A DNA stretch of 64,000 nt, taken from assembly GCF_009914755.1 (NCBI RefSeq), contig NC_060928.1. The stretch is one strand, 5' to 3'. The notes beneath the pieces were generated by a model. That model was not told the origin of the DNA. It searched no databases and was given only the letters and a program-made list of their open reading frames with translations. The position numbers and the translations under genes were made by a program. Shown one piece after another: positions 14,126-42,289 of the stretch (position 1 is the first letter of the stretch; each line of letters starts with the position of its first letter). Origin of the DNA: the human T2T-CHM13v2.0 reference genome, Homo sapiens.

Positions 14126-14214
14126 GTACAGTTGATCTCATTCACAGATTACATATCTGTAAACTGGCTTCACTGCCAAACTTCATTTGTAACCACTTTA
14201 AGGTCCTTGGACAC

Positions 14215-14731
14215 ACAGAATGATGACAAACTCAAGTTGCCTGACACACATCCCTAGCTGCAGTGGAACAAGGTGACACTTACCCCGCCTTTTCATTTCA
14301 GCCTCATCCTGTAAACAAGCATCCTGTTCACATGTTTACTTCGTGCTACAGAAATTCTGCTGTTTAAAAAGGCCCTCAAGCTTTGTGCAGTGGCCAAAAT
14401 GCAGTTTATCCAAGGCACAATCATTGCCAATTAACATGGCCCCCAAGCAGAGTGCTGTTCCTCAGCACAGGAGGGCTAAGACATGCCTTGTGGAAAACAC
14501 ATGTGTCAGATCAGCTGTCTTCAGGCCTGGGCCATGAGCTCAGTGTTAATGATCAGCAATATATATTAAATAAGGTGTCTTTAAGTATAAACACATAAAA
14601 CAAGGTTATGTATGATTTTTGTGACCAGCGGCTCATGGGAACCTAACCTTGTATTTCCCCTTGGCAAAATGTTTCAGTGTTTGCCTCAACTTTGTAGTAT
14701 ATAACCTCCATGAATAATGGGAATCAGCTGT
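14215..14731. mobile_element. MER82-like TcMar-Tigger DNA element
   Basis: Diagnostic blocks atggcccccaagc, atatatattaaataaggtgtcttta and ggaacctaaccttgtatttcccc match the recalled consensus. Confidence 0.75.
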
Positions 14732-14764
14732 CTTACCATTTTTGAAGTCATAAACATTATAGAA

Positions 14765-15715
<951 letters not shown>

Positions 15716-15830
15716 TTAATCAGTGAGAATGCCAAGGTTTTATGCCTTCGTGTTTGAGGGAAAAATAACGATACGTTCATTGCAACTGAAGTCAAGAGGC
15801 AGCACTTGGGAAAAACAATTTTCATTCTTG

Positions 15831-16133
15831 ATCCCTAATCCAAAAATCTGAAAACCAAAATGGTCTAAAATCCAAAACTTTTTGAGCATTGACATAGTGC
15901 CACAGGTAGAAAATTCCACATTTGACCTTGTGATGGGTCACAGTCAAAACTTTATTTCATGCACGCAATTATTAAAAATACTGTATTAATTACCTTCAGG
16001 CTATGTGTATACTGAGTATATGAAACATAAATTAATTCCATGTTTAGACTTGGGTCCCATCCCCAAGGCATCTCATTATGTATATGCACATATTCCAAAA
16101 TCTGAAAATATTGAAAATCCACAACACTTCTGT
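15831..16133 (+). mobile_element. Tigger4b/MER46B-like DNA element, 3' end truncated
   Basis: atccctaatccaaaaatctgaaa...tgtttagacttgggtcccatccccaag...acaacacttctg matches the recalled consensus. Confidence 0.8.
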
Positions 16134-16151
16134 CTCAAAAAAAAAAAAAAA

Positions 16152-20742
<4,591 letters not shown>

Positions 20743-20744
20743 GT

Positions 20745-21660
<916 letters not shown>

Positions 21661-21900
21661 TAGAATTAGATTTTTCTAGTTTGTATAGGTAACTATGTGG
21701 GAAGCAGATATATTTGCTTAATGCTGCATATGTTCTTCATAAAACAGATTCTCAGAATCAAATCAAGAACAAAGCACCCTCCAAACTTTGGAGACTAGCT
21801 ATAATTCCAAAATGTATGAAATAAATGTGATGTGTGGTTTTTTGGTGAAGACTCTCATTGTAATATATATCCTGTAAGAATTTAGCACCATAGTTTTTAA

Positions 21901-23116
<1,216 letters not shown>

Positions 23117-23339
23117 TTACAGAAGCAATTAGATGATGTAGTTTAAAGAAATTCTGATTAAGAATATAATTTTAAGCAAACTCTTTTCCATGTAAATACT
23201 TTCAAAGACAGAAATAACTGACATCATCCTTCCAACTTTATTCCTACTAATTCTTGGTCTTGTAAGGCACGTAAAAATTATTCTAATTTTGAAAATTGGA
23301 ACAAGACAGCCCATTTTAGAGATAAACATAGGATCAAAA

Positions 23340-26300
23340 CTCAGTTATCTTTAATTCTTTTATTTCTTTCTTCATTATGCCAGGCTAGTTCTAAATGCCT
23401 AAAATACATTAAAATGGAACAGAAAATCTTAAAAGGATGTTAATTTTAAGTTTCTTACTAATCTTTCCTCATAGAAATAAAGAAGCCATAACTGTTAAGC
23501 ACATTTTCTAAGATTGTATATAATCATTTATAGGTTAAGACTTTTTTGGCATTGAAGATAGTAAACTTTTTATGAATGTAATTATTAAAGTATAATCAAC
23601 TCACATCTTTGGGTTTATATTGGTCTTAACATGTTTCATAGTTTGCAGTATTTGAAGAATCTGAAGATGACAGGCACAGCCGTCACTTACCCATGACCGT
23701 CACCTTCCTAAAGCTGTCTCGATATCTACTGTGGACACTCAGGTTAGCGGAGAGAAAACAACTGCATTACACTACATTTTTAAGCAAACCAAAGAACTTT
23801 ATTTGGAGTAATAGCTAAGAAAACAGCTTTTTATGGAAACTGAAAAAGAGAGCAGAGGAAGTATAAGAGCTACCCCTTAAGAAATAACTTTAATAGTTAA
23901 AAAACTTTCGTAGAATCTTACTAAAAAGGAGGCAACATTAGTTTAAAAAATAACTGAACAAGAATCTGGCCTAATAACCAGACCTCGGATTAGCATACTT
24001 TCTAGTTATAGATGTAAATCTTCAAAGTACATATATTCAGTACAAGTCAAAAAAAAAATAAAATAAAATAGTGCCAGACCATCCTTTACTTTTTCATGTC
24101 CTTGAAATGAGAAGAGTAATGTACTTAAGTAATTCCTTCTTAAGAATGTCCCTTAAACTATAACAACTTCATAGCATCTTGACTTAGAATATACCACATT
24201 TTCCAAGTCCTATTTGTCTATTTATATTCATTATATATAAGTAACCATGACAACAGAATTGAAGTTCCGCTTAAAAGACTCTTGCCCTTTCCAACTTTTA
24301 CTTTAAGTTGGATCCCTGTTATCAGTAATACTTAGATGAACCTCCCCTTTCAAAGTAGTAAAAACTAAAGCATTAAATTAGTACCTAAAATCAAAGTACA
24401 GTTGTTATTTATAAAACTATTGTGTTGTATCCTGACATGTGGCAACAAAGATAATATAAAATGTACTCAGAGACTAATGCCATTATGAACAGAAAAGACT
24501 ATATATAAATATATAATCTTTATATATATATAAAAATCTTTTTTAAAAGATTTTTAAAATAAAATTTATAAAAAAGATTTTTTATATATATAAAAAGATT
24601 ATATATATAAAACATATATATATATTTTTTTCTGGAACAACTTAAAAATCAATTTTAAAAAAACTGATTAATTCACTATTGGACAGATGTTCAAATGCTA
24701 AATTTAAAATTCAGCATTATCTTCTCTCTCTTGAAATATAGGTTATATAAACAGTAAAAGTACAGTAAGTTAAAAAACAAAAGAAAATAAAGCCTTGGTT
24801 TAGTATAGCTCAAGCTTATATACACAGCAGGTATAGTAACTTGTTCACCAGAACAGAGCATCGAATAACATTGAATGAAAATTATGGCCCCCAAAAGCAG
24901 AACCTCAAAGCCAGGTTGTGGCCACGTGAATTATTTAACCTCACTGTGCCCATGTTCACAGGCCTGATCCTTAACAAAATCTATGAATACAAACTAAATC
25001 CAAGACATGTTGAATTGATGTTTTGTAAAATGCAGTAACACCTTACTGTTAAAGGTGCTAAGGAAAAAAGCATTCAGCATACATGCTACAGAGCCTGAGC
25101 ACTGAAAAATGAAAATCTTATTGTGGCTACAGATCAAAAATTCATACTGAAAAAGATATTTGTCATTTAACATGGAACCTTTCCAATACATTTTAAGGGC
25201 ATACTGAAAAGGCTAGTAGTGAAAAACGGCGGTAACAATGAGATAACATACTTTGTTATATAAAAGCCTAAGTTTCATAGAAAAAAAATTCTAATTTGAA
25301 AAGTCAACAACATTAAACCCTATCTGCCATTACCAATTCCATCAAGATTACTAGGTCTTTAAATGTGGGACTGGTAAAAATAATACTTCCAGGGTTCAAT
25401 CAAATAAATCAAAGTAAACCAAAACAAGAAAATTAGCTAATACTTAAAGCAGCAGCCTCAACAAATGTGTGATTTATTTCCCTTTTTGTTCAAATTTTAG
25501 TTTTTTCAGGCCTTATAAATACTTGCTGGAATTTCTAAAGCATTTCTTTCTTACGCTAAGTCTTCTCTAATAACATAATAAATACTGAATTACCTAAAAC
25601 ACTGTCCGACACACCTCAGGATCTGCTTCTCGGCTCTTCATGCTGATAGTGCCATTTTACTGATTCAACAAATACTTGGTTTGCAACTGATGTGGTCCTT
25701 AAACTATTCACGAGTTAGAAGACTAGCTCTAAAACCTACCTCATTTCTAAGAGTCATAAATAGGACTTTACCTGAATGCATGAAAACACAAAAGGGAAGC
25801 TTCTAAGTTGAACTTTCTAATATTCATATTTGAAATGGTTTGGAATGATTGATCAAACTTTTAAGATCTAACTCAGTGCACTTATACAACAACTAGATAC
25901 CTCTGGTGAATTACAAGAATTGCTCCAATAGAAGCGTCTCTCAATCTGCTCATCAAATCTAGATCAGCTCTACCAGTGAAAACAAATTTCAAGATTTGTT
26001 TCATAATAAGTGTTAAATCTCATACAATCGAGCTATGTCATGCCACATAAGTTCTAAAGCAAATGAAAAACAAAGCCAGCCAAATTTAGGAGCTGAGCTC
26101 ATGGTATAACACTTATAAAGAAATGAAAATAACACAAATTGAAAACTATAGTGACCATCTTGGGTACGACATGCAATGATACTATCACTACTATTTTGAC
26201 AGCATGACAACTGAATAATTAGAAGATACACATGCATACCACTATTTCTCTATTAAGAACACATACATCTCATATAAATACATCCTCAGGAAACACTTTT

Positions 26301-26477
26301 TACATTAAATCGTTTTTTGACAATAATTTTGCACTGAATAACAATACATTACAACTCACTGTTGTACACCTTCAATTGCTAAAACGGTATTCTAGATGTT
26401 TACACAGAGAATTATAGGAATATGCACGAGCACTTCAAGAAAAGTTGTGTGAACAATGTTTAAAGTAAAAAAGTGTT
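23340..26477 (-). other. CFAP97: CFAP97 3'UTR, about 3.1 kb, AT-rich
   Basis: Alu-free unique stretch after the stop; minus-strand AATAAA at 25478-25473, 23803-23798, 23364-23359 and 23242-23237; exact 3' end not determinable from sequence. Confidence 0.7.
24509..24606. repeat. AT-rich nested inverted repeat in the CFAP97 3'UTR
   Basis: Arm 24509-24545 is a near reverse complement of 24569-24606; inner palindrome at 24531-24556. Confidence 0.85.
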
Positions 26478-26645
<168 letters not shown>

Positions 26646-27232
26646 TCACTTGAAGTCCAGACTAGTTTTTCTTCCACATTCTATGTGTGTCTAATAGTCT
26701 AATGCTATGATTCTCGACTAGGATGCACTTCAGAATTCCCTGTGGAAGTTAAAAAATATAATAACAAACATATCCAGATGCCACACCAGGGGATTTTGAT
26801 TCACTGGATTGGCGTGGAAAACAAACATTTTTAAAAGCTTCTCAAATAATTCACGTGAAAAAAATGACTTTGTATAACCATTTATATATCTAATCAACAA
26901 ATAACTTACTACATTTAGGGACAATGCTAAGTATGAGTTACTAAAATAAGACCCTTTCTTAGTCACTATACCACGGAAGCAAGGTTTGGAGAAGGAATAA
27001 ATGGAACTACTAGTCTTGAGAGTTGAAGACTCACGAGGGCGGGCGCTGGGAAGTTGTGGCATCGGGCGGTTTGGTATTCCCTTCTATTTATTATATGGTT
27101 TAGAATGCATACATGAAGTACAGCAGAGACTTCTGTAAAGGACACTGGCCTTTCTAGATGTTGCACACTCCAGCACTAAATGGTCACTCCATTCCTGTAC
27201 TCTCTGGGGCACACAGCTGGCTAGGTCTGTAA

Positions 27233-27292
27233 CTGATCACACAACAAGCCTTACTGCTTACTGTAAAGCGGTAAGGCTTGTTGTGTGATCAG
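27233..27292. repeat. 27-bp inverted repeat with 6-nt loop, 26/27 matched
   Basis: CTGATCACACAACAAGCCTTACTGCTT-actgta-AAGCGGTAAGGCTTGTTGTGTGATCAG. Confidence 0.97.
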
Positions 27293-27646
27293 CTTGCTAA
27301 TTTTTGTTTTAGTTATCCAGTAAGTAAGAAAAAGCACATATAAGGGCTGGAGGCTATTAGCAATGATTCTTAACTACCTAAGGAGAATGTTTTAGCAGCT
27401 TTTAAACAGCACACCTATGTATTTCTTCCTTCAATAAACTTTGAAATTAACAGTCCTTCCTCAATTACCTAAGAACCTACTGATATTTTTGATTGTTTTA
27501 TCTCCTGGTTTCCTTCCTGTCATTATATGCTGTAAATGAAACCTGAAATTAAGTGAACTAATACAAATAAAACAAAACATGACAGTGGGAAATAACAGAA
27601 CGCATTCCAGAGTTGGCATTTAAAACTCTATCATAATAACATGTTA

Positions 27647-27874
<228 letters not shown>

Positions 27875-28207
27875 TTAATTTGAAAGGCAAGGTTAAACAG
27901 CAATCATTTTTAACAAGGCAATACATTCTAGAGCCTGACATTCACTTTCTTTCTTTTTTTTTTTAAGAGACAAGATCTTACTCTGTCACTCAGGCTGGCC
28001 TGGAACTCCTGGGCTTAAAGGATCCTCCCATCTCAGCCTCTCAAGTAGCTGGTATTACAGGTGCCACCCACCACATCCCGCCAAAAGATCTTAAATCATT
28101 CTCGACATACCATGTGAAAAACATTTCAAATAATATAATTTCATAAAAATCCAAGGGTTTTTGCCTATCCCACAGCTAACCAAACCACTGTGATATAACA
28201 ATTCATC

Positions 28208-28404
28208 CAGAGGTGTCCAATGGAGAGAATACAGTCATGGGTTCTTAGTTTCTGTTTCTGGTTGGGCCAGTAAAGCCCCTTCCTCATCTCTCTTTTCTGC
28301 ATATCACTAGAGACAGAAACTAAAAACCATGGCTTCAGGCTGCTAAAAGCCTAAAACAGAACAACAACAACAAACAACAAAATAAGGTAGGTTAGACAAG
28401 CTTG
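28208..28404 (+). mobile_element. MER30B-like hAT-Charlie MITE
   Basis: cagaggtgtccaa...gggccagtaaagccccttcctcatc...gttagacaagcttg termini. Confidence 0.8.
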
Positions 28405-30555
28405 CTAGAGGCCTAATTCTTTTGTGCCAGGTTAGTCTTAGGAAAGGTGCTGTAAGTTGAAATAAAATACACTAAACCTGATTTTCTCATAGACATGATG
28501 TAATAGGAGTTATAATGCTAAGAACCTAGTGTTAGACCCTAGGAATGAGCACACACATATGGAAGCTACTACAGATTCTCCACATGTACATTGCAGAGCA
28601 GTGCCTTTCACCCTGTTCCTTTGCAGTAGTGCCTCAAGGGCTTGTAGGCCACTGGGGAAAGGCCAGCAGGGAGGGCCCTCGGGTCTTCCACTGCTAGTTT
28701 CTACTAGCCCAGCTATGCTTTCTGTATTGTCTGTTTTATATACTAAAGATTCTGCATAACATTTAATTTGGAGAAAAAAGCTTTTGCTGTTAAGAAGTCT
28801 GAAAACCAATTAGTATAGAATATAAAGTTTTTAAAAAGATATGTAGCCTGGGCACAGTGGCTCACACCTGTAGTCCCAGCACTTTGGGGAGCCCGGGGCG
28901 GGTGGATGACCTGCTTGAGTTCAGGAGTTCCAGACCAGCCTGGACAACATGGCGAAACGCTATCTCCATTTTAATAATATTTTAATAAATTTTAAAAAAG
29001 GATATATATACCAATTGGCCAAGGCAACACAGTATCCAATAACATGGTAATTTTTTTTACAATTCAGTAACAGAGACTCATGCAGAATGTTATAAATTTT
29101 GTTTATAACTATTTCTTAAAAGGTGAAAGAGTTTATCCTGTTGGCTTTTCGTAGGCATTGTTGAGAAAGAAATACCGAGGTAGACCAAACAGCTTGGGGA
29201 ATTGATCCATGATTGTGTTTTATTCTTTTCTTTACTCATTCAAACTTTCTCTGAAGGAAGCTGATCTTATTTGCAAAGGGAGTACTGACCTGCACTAAGT
29301 TTCACACTAAAAAATCAGACTCATGAATTCAGTCATAGGACAAGTTTTCTCTGTACAATCTTTTCTTCTTTCTTCCTTTTACTGTGGTAAAATGAAACCA
29401 CATTTTAACCACTTCTAAGCATACAGTTCTGTGGCATTTTGTACACCCACACTGTTGTGAAACATCACCACCGACTCCCATAACTTTTCTTCCACTTGGT
29501 GTTTTATCAGTTTCACCCCCTGCCCTTCCATGCTGAGTTCCTGAGCAATTCCAAAGAAGGAACAGATGGTGGAAGAATAAGCCAAGATATCCAGGGGAAG
29601 GGCCACTTAGAAAAGGGAGAGGAGGAGGTTGTTATAGAAACAAAAGGAGGCTTGGAGGCAAACAGCAGAGGTGCAAAACACATGAAGAACCGGACAGAAC
29701 CACTGAGAACATCTTTACTGCCTCCCTGCATGCTATTCCTTCTGCGTGAAGTGCCCCTTCCTAATTTTTGGCCTTCAAAAGCTAGAAAAGAGTCACCTAC
29801 TCAAATTACCCAACTAGTATTAGTGGTTCCCTTTGCTGAGCTGAGTTTTTATTTCAACATGATTCCACCTGACTGTAAAGTCCACGGTCTTCCCATCATA
29901 TCCTCTTTCTTGCATTGTGGACAGAGAAGCAGTGTGATGTAGGTGTCCAAACCTCCTGAAATCATATCTTCTCTACCTGCAGTTTGTAACTGTGCAGGAA
30001 CTTCCTGGGGCCACATCTCCAGTGTATTCTACCAGCAGAGTGCATTTGCTGTTTTGTCTGATTATCCTATTAACTACACACTGAGCTGTGCAGGGTGGAA
30101 AGGACAAGACAGAAGACCTGGCATTTTCAGTTATCTTTCATTTTTGCTTTTTTGCTGGTAGACGTCTCAATGTCTATTAAACTCCTAGTGTCCTAAGTTT
30201 ATTTATTTGGTTGGATGAGTATTTTTCTTTTACAAATTTTAAGAAAATTACAATACTTATTCATCACATATAAAACATACAGATGTGATCAAAATCAACA
30301 ATAATGCAAAAAGTAAACCCATTCTGGAGTCTGATACATCAATTATCAAGTTTACATGCAGAAACTTAGGGAAATAAGAGAGAAATGATTCGGCTCATGT
30401 ACCCAAATCACATGGAACAACACCATGTGTCCATCTGAGTGTTACATGAATATAACAAGCTAAACAAAAGCTAAAGGATTTGAGAAATAACTCTTGCCTA
30501 TAGAAATAATATCAAAATACAAAGTGTTGATTACCCTAAATTTTAAGGTGTAAAC

Positions 30556-30778
30556 CAACCTTGTCCAACCTGTGGCTTGCAGGCTGCATGCAGCTCAGGA
30601 TGGCTTTGAATGCGGCCCAGCGCAAATTCATTAACTTTCTTAAAACATTATGAGATTTTTTTTTTGGTGATTTCTTTTTTTAGCTCATCAGCTATGGTTA
30701 GCATATTTTATGTATGGCCCCAGACAATTTTTTTCCTTCCAGTGTGGCTGAGGGAAGCCAAAAGAATGGACACCCCTG
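30556..30778 (-). mobile_element. MER30 hAT-Charlie MITE
   Basis: caaccttgtccaacc...aatggacacccctg termini; 8-bp flanks GTGTAAAC/GTGTAAGC, typical of hAT target-site duplications. Confidence 0.88.
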
Positions 30779-31456
30779 GTGTAAGCCCCAAAATCAAAAG
30801 TGTATGCATTTTAATTTAGTCATCAATTTAGAACTCTTATGCAAAAGTTAAAAAACAACAGTTCAGGCTGGGTGCAGTGGCTTACATCTGTAGTCCCAGC
30901 ACTTTGGGAGGCCAAGGCAGGAGGATCGTGTGAGCCCAGGAGTTCAAGACCACCCTAGGCAACATGGCGAGACCCCGTCTCTTACAAAAAATACAAAAAT
31001 TAGCCGGGCGTGGTTGCATGTGCCTGTGGTCCCAGCTACCCAAGAGGCAGAGGAGAATGGCTTGAGTCCAGGAGGTCGAGGCTGCAAGTGAGTCATGATC
31101 ACACCACTAGACTCCAGCCTGGGTGACAGAGGAAGACCTTATCTCAAACAAACAAACAAACAAAAAATTTCAAAATGCTGTAACGATTGTAATACAGTGA
31201 TAATAAATATAAGCTATATGGTCAGAAAGATTTGGGCTTAACACTTGGCTCTGCCACTGATTGTGTCCTTGATCAAATTCCACGATAAGGATATTAATAA
31301 CGAAATAACCTCAGAGTCAGTTTTTAGTAATTAAGTGATAGAATGCATCTAAAGTGCTTAAAATAGTGCCTAGTATCTAGCAAGAACTTATTCAGGCTGG
31401 GCGTGGTGGCTCACCCCATAATCCCAGCACTTTGCGAGGCTGAGGCAGGCAGATTA

Positions 31457-31801
<345 letters not shown>

Positions 31802-32639
31802 TTAAGGGAGTATTTCATATGTATTTTATATTCCTTCCTTACATTGCTCATAACAAATACTAAACAAATATTTAATGGATTAAAAAACAATAAGAATGGT
31901 AATGTACGGTTTACAAAATCTTAGAACTGCCACTCAAATCAGATTCTAATAATGAATCCCAAAAGAGTTTGCCCACTTTTTTTTTTTTCAGAAATTGCAT
32001 TTTTTGGCTGGGTGCGGTGGCTCACACCTGCGATCCCAGCACTTCGGGAGGCTGAGGCAGGCAGATCACCTGAGGTCAGGAGTTTGAGACCAGCCTGGCC
32101 AACATGGTAAAACTCCATCTCTACTAAAAATACAAAAATTAGCTAGGCATGGTGACACACACCAGTAATCCCAGCTACTTGGGAGGCTGAGGCAGGGGAA
32201 TCACTTGAACCTGGGAGGCAGAGGCAGAGTGCTGCATCACTGCACTCCAGCCTGGGAGACAGAAAGACTCTGTCTCAAAAAATAACAATAAAAGACCAGG
32301 CACGGTGGCTCACGCCTGTAATCCCAGCACTTTGGGAGGCTGAGGCGGGCAGATCACGAGGTCAGGAGTTCGAGACCAGCCTGGCCAACATGGCGAAACC
32401 CCATCTCTACTAAAAATACAAAAATTAGCTGGGCATTGTACAAAAATACAAAAATTAGTGGGCAACTGTAATCCCAGCTACTTGGGAGGCTGAGGCAGGA
32501 GAGTTGCTTGAACCCAGGAGCTGGAGGTTGTTGGAGCAAGCCGAGATCGTGCCACTGCACTCCAGCCTGGGCAACAAGAGCAAGACTCCGTTTCAAAAAA
32601 AAAAAAAAGGTGCAATTTTGGGTAATTATGTATATTAAC

Positions 32640-32880
32640 GTAAACAACTTGAAGTTTTAATATAGGTATACATGCTGAAATAACACTTGAGCTACTTACA
32701 CATCCATCATCTCACAGAGTTACCATTTTTATTTATGTGTGTGGTGAGAACACCTAAGATCTAGTCTCTTAGCAAATGTCAAGTACCCAAGGTACAAAGT
32801 TCCAGTCATGCAAGATGAGTAAGTTCTGGAGATCTAATGTACAGCATGTTGACTATAGTTAACAATACTGTGTTATATAC
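32640..32880 (-). mobile_element. L1MA/MB-type 3'UTR fragment with an inverted 5' segment
   Basis: About 32640-32786 reads as the reverse L1 3' end; 32788-32880 reads as the directly preceding consensus segment in the opposite orientation. Confidence 0.7.
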
Positions 32881-32884
32881 CTAT

Positions 32885-33249
32885 TGATACGGTCTGACTC
32901 TGTGTCCCCACCCAAATCTCATCTCGAATTGTAATCCCCACGTATGGAGGGAGGGACTTGGTGGAAGGTGATTGGATCATGGGGGTGGTTCCCCCATGCT
33001 GTTCTCGTGATAGTGAGGGAGTTCTCATGAGATCTGAGTTACTTAAAAGTGGCAGTTTCCCCTGTGTTCTCTCTCTATCCTGCCACCATGTAAGACATGC
33101 CTTGCTTCTGCTTCGCCTTCCAGCATGATTCTAAGTTTCCTGAGGCTTCTCCAGCCTTGCAGAACTGTAAGTCAATTAAAACTCTTTTGTTTATAAATTA
33201 CCCAGTCTCAGGTAGTATCTTTACAGCAGTATGAAAATGGACTAATACA
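32885..33249 (+). mobile_element. THE1-type (THE1D-like) solo LTR
   Basis: tgatacggtctgactctgtgtccccacccaaatctcatc...aattacccagtctcaggtagtatcttt...ggactaataca. Confidence 0.9.
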
Positions 33250-33746
33250 CTTGTCCAAACATTTATTTTATATCCAGGAATTATTCTCTTTGGAAAAAAA
33301 ATTAACCTAGCCCATCTTTTGATGTTTAAACAAATGTAAACAAATAAATGTCTTAATGATTTCTGCAGCCGTTAGCAGAGGAGAGTTGCTTTAGTGTTTC
33401 TAGAGCGATGAAGCAAAGACCTTGTAAGGACACTAAAAAGTAACAACTGTCCCCCACACAGGCAGAATCAAGACGACTGCTCTCTACATTTCAACAGTGG
33501 GAGTCACACTGAGTTATCATTAGCTTGCTTTCTTCAACGGAAGGAGATAACAGACCTTAACCAGACAAGAAGGAAACCCCAGTGAAGTAAAGTATACATT
33601 ATTTCAAGATCTTAGAACAAAAGTACTGTTAATCAACAGATTAATATTCATAGTAGGTATGAGACTTGCTATAAATCATTTTTGTGACAATTTATCACAA
33701 TCTCCCTTTAATTATTCCACATAAGAGTTCTGAAGTTACTCCTACA

Positions 33747-37678
<3,932 letters not shown>

Positions 37679-38319
37679 GGTAACCCCAAAGCTAGGCAAC
37701 CTGGATTTGCACCTGGGCTCTGACACCTGCTAGCCGTGTGACCTTGAGTAAGTCCCTGTGCCCCACTCAGTGTCTCTTTTACTCTTCTGTAACTACAATA
37801 ACTATAAGATTGCTATCAGGACTTAATGCCTAACACTTGTAAAATAGTATGCACAATGTAATTTCTTATTAAATGCGATCGGCCCAGAGCCAGGTGTGAG
37901 AGTGAAAACAAAGGAAGTAATCCCATATGTTTTTGACATACGGGAATTTCAAATTTCCACGAAACATGAACAAATCTTGAATACTGCGAAGGTGATGTGT
38001 GGAAAGCTATCATCTATCTCAGCTCCCACCGACCTCATTTCACCTAGCTTAGTTATCTGTTCCTTGCCACATGCAGGGTAATCCTCTTGAAGGGTTCAAG
38101 ACTACTATTTTTTATAAATAGTAATCCTAGCTTCCCAACTCTTGGGGTTAGTATGATAATAAAGAAATGTACAAAAGAGTTGTTACAAGTTTAGGTAAGT
38201 ATATGGTTACACAGGAAAACACTGGTAATGACACATAAGGAGGGTTAATTTTGAAAATGGTCTTAATAATTTTAATAGCTTTCTAAATTATTTTAGCTCT
38301 GAGTTTACGTGTTCATTAA

Positions 38320-38560
38320 GGGTCTAATTCTAGTTTAAGAGACTACCCAGGTTTAAAATCTTGGCTCAGCAGCATACTCAGTAGCTCTGTGCTAAATATT
38401 TAACCTGTCTAACCCTCAGTTTTTTCATCGTGAGATGTGGATAAAAATAGTTATCTACTTCAGAGAATTGTTGTCAGGATTCAATAAGTTAATATTTGGA
38501 AGATACTCAGAACAATGCCTAGTGTTTAGTAAAAGCTCAGTAAATATCAGCAATTATTAT
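38320..38560 (+). mobile_element. MIR
   Basis: aggtttaaaatcttggctc...aacctgtctaaccctcagtttt...cagaacaatgcctagtg. Confidence 0.65.
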
Positions 38561-38917
38561 GAACTAAATCTTATGAAGAAAATATGCTATAATAGTTTTA
38601 AATGTGAAGATTTTCAACAGTTCCCATATTTATTTTCTTATAATATCAAACTATATGATTTGTAACAATCAATGTTTCATACATTTAAGTAGCAGATTAG
38701 CAATTTGGCCTATTCGAGATATACTGATCCTTTAAAATAAGTGATGTACAATTTATTTTAGCTTTCCAGGACACAATAAAGTAAAAGAGATTTCACTAGT
38801 GACTGAATACTTCACAGAAGAAACACTTGGATACCATTTCCTGTTCTACTGTAGTGATTTAACTGATCTAGGCAAATAAATAATGGAGCTTTCAGTATTT
38901 TCCTTTAATGGTCTCCT

Positions 38918-42269
<3,352 letters not shown>

Positions 42270-42289
42270 TGATGGAAATGTTCTCTATT

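Noticed and set aside
29496-29942. 148-aa + strand ORF in a CFAP97 intron
   Set aside because: No recognisable homology, starts within a repeat remnant, no splice or promoter support
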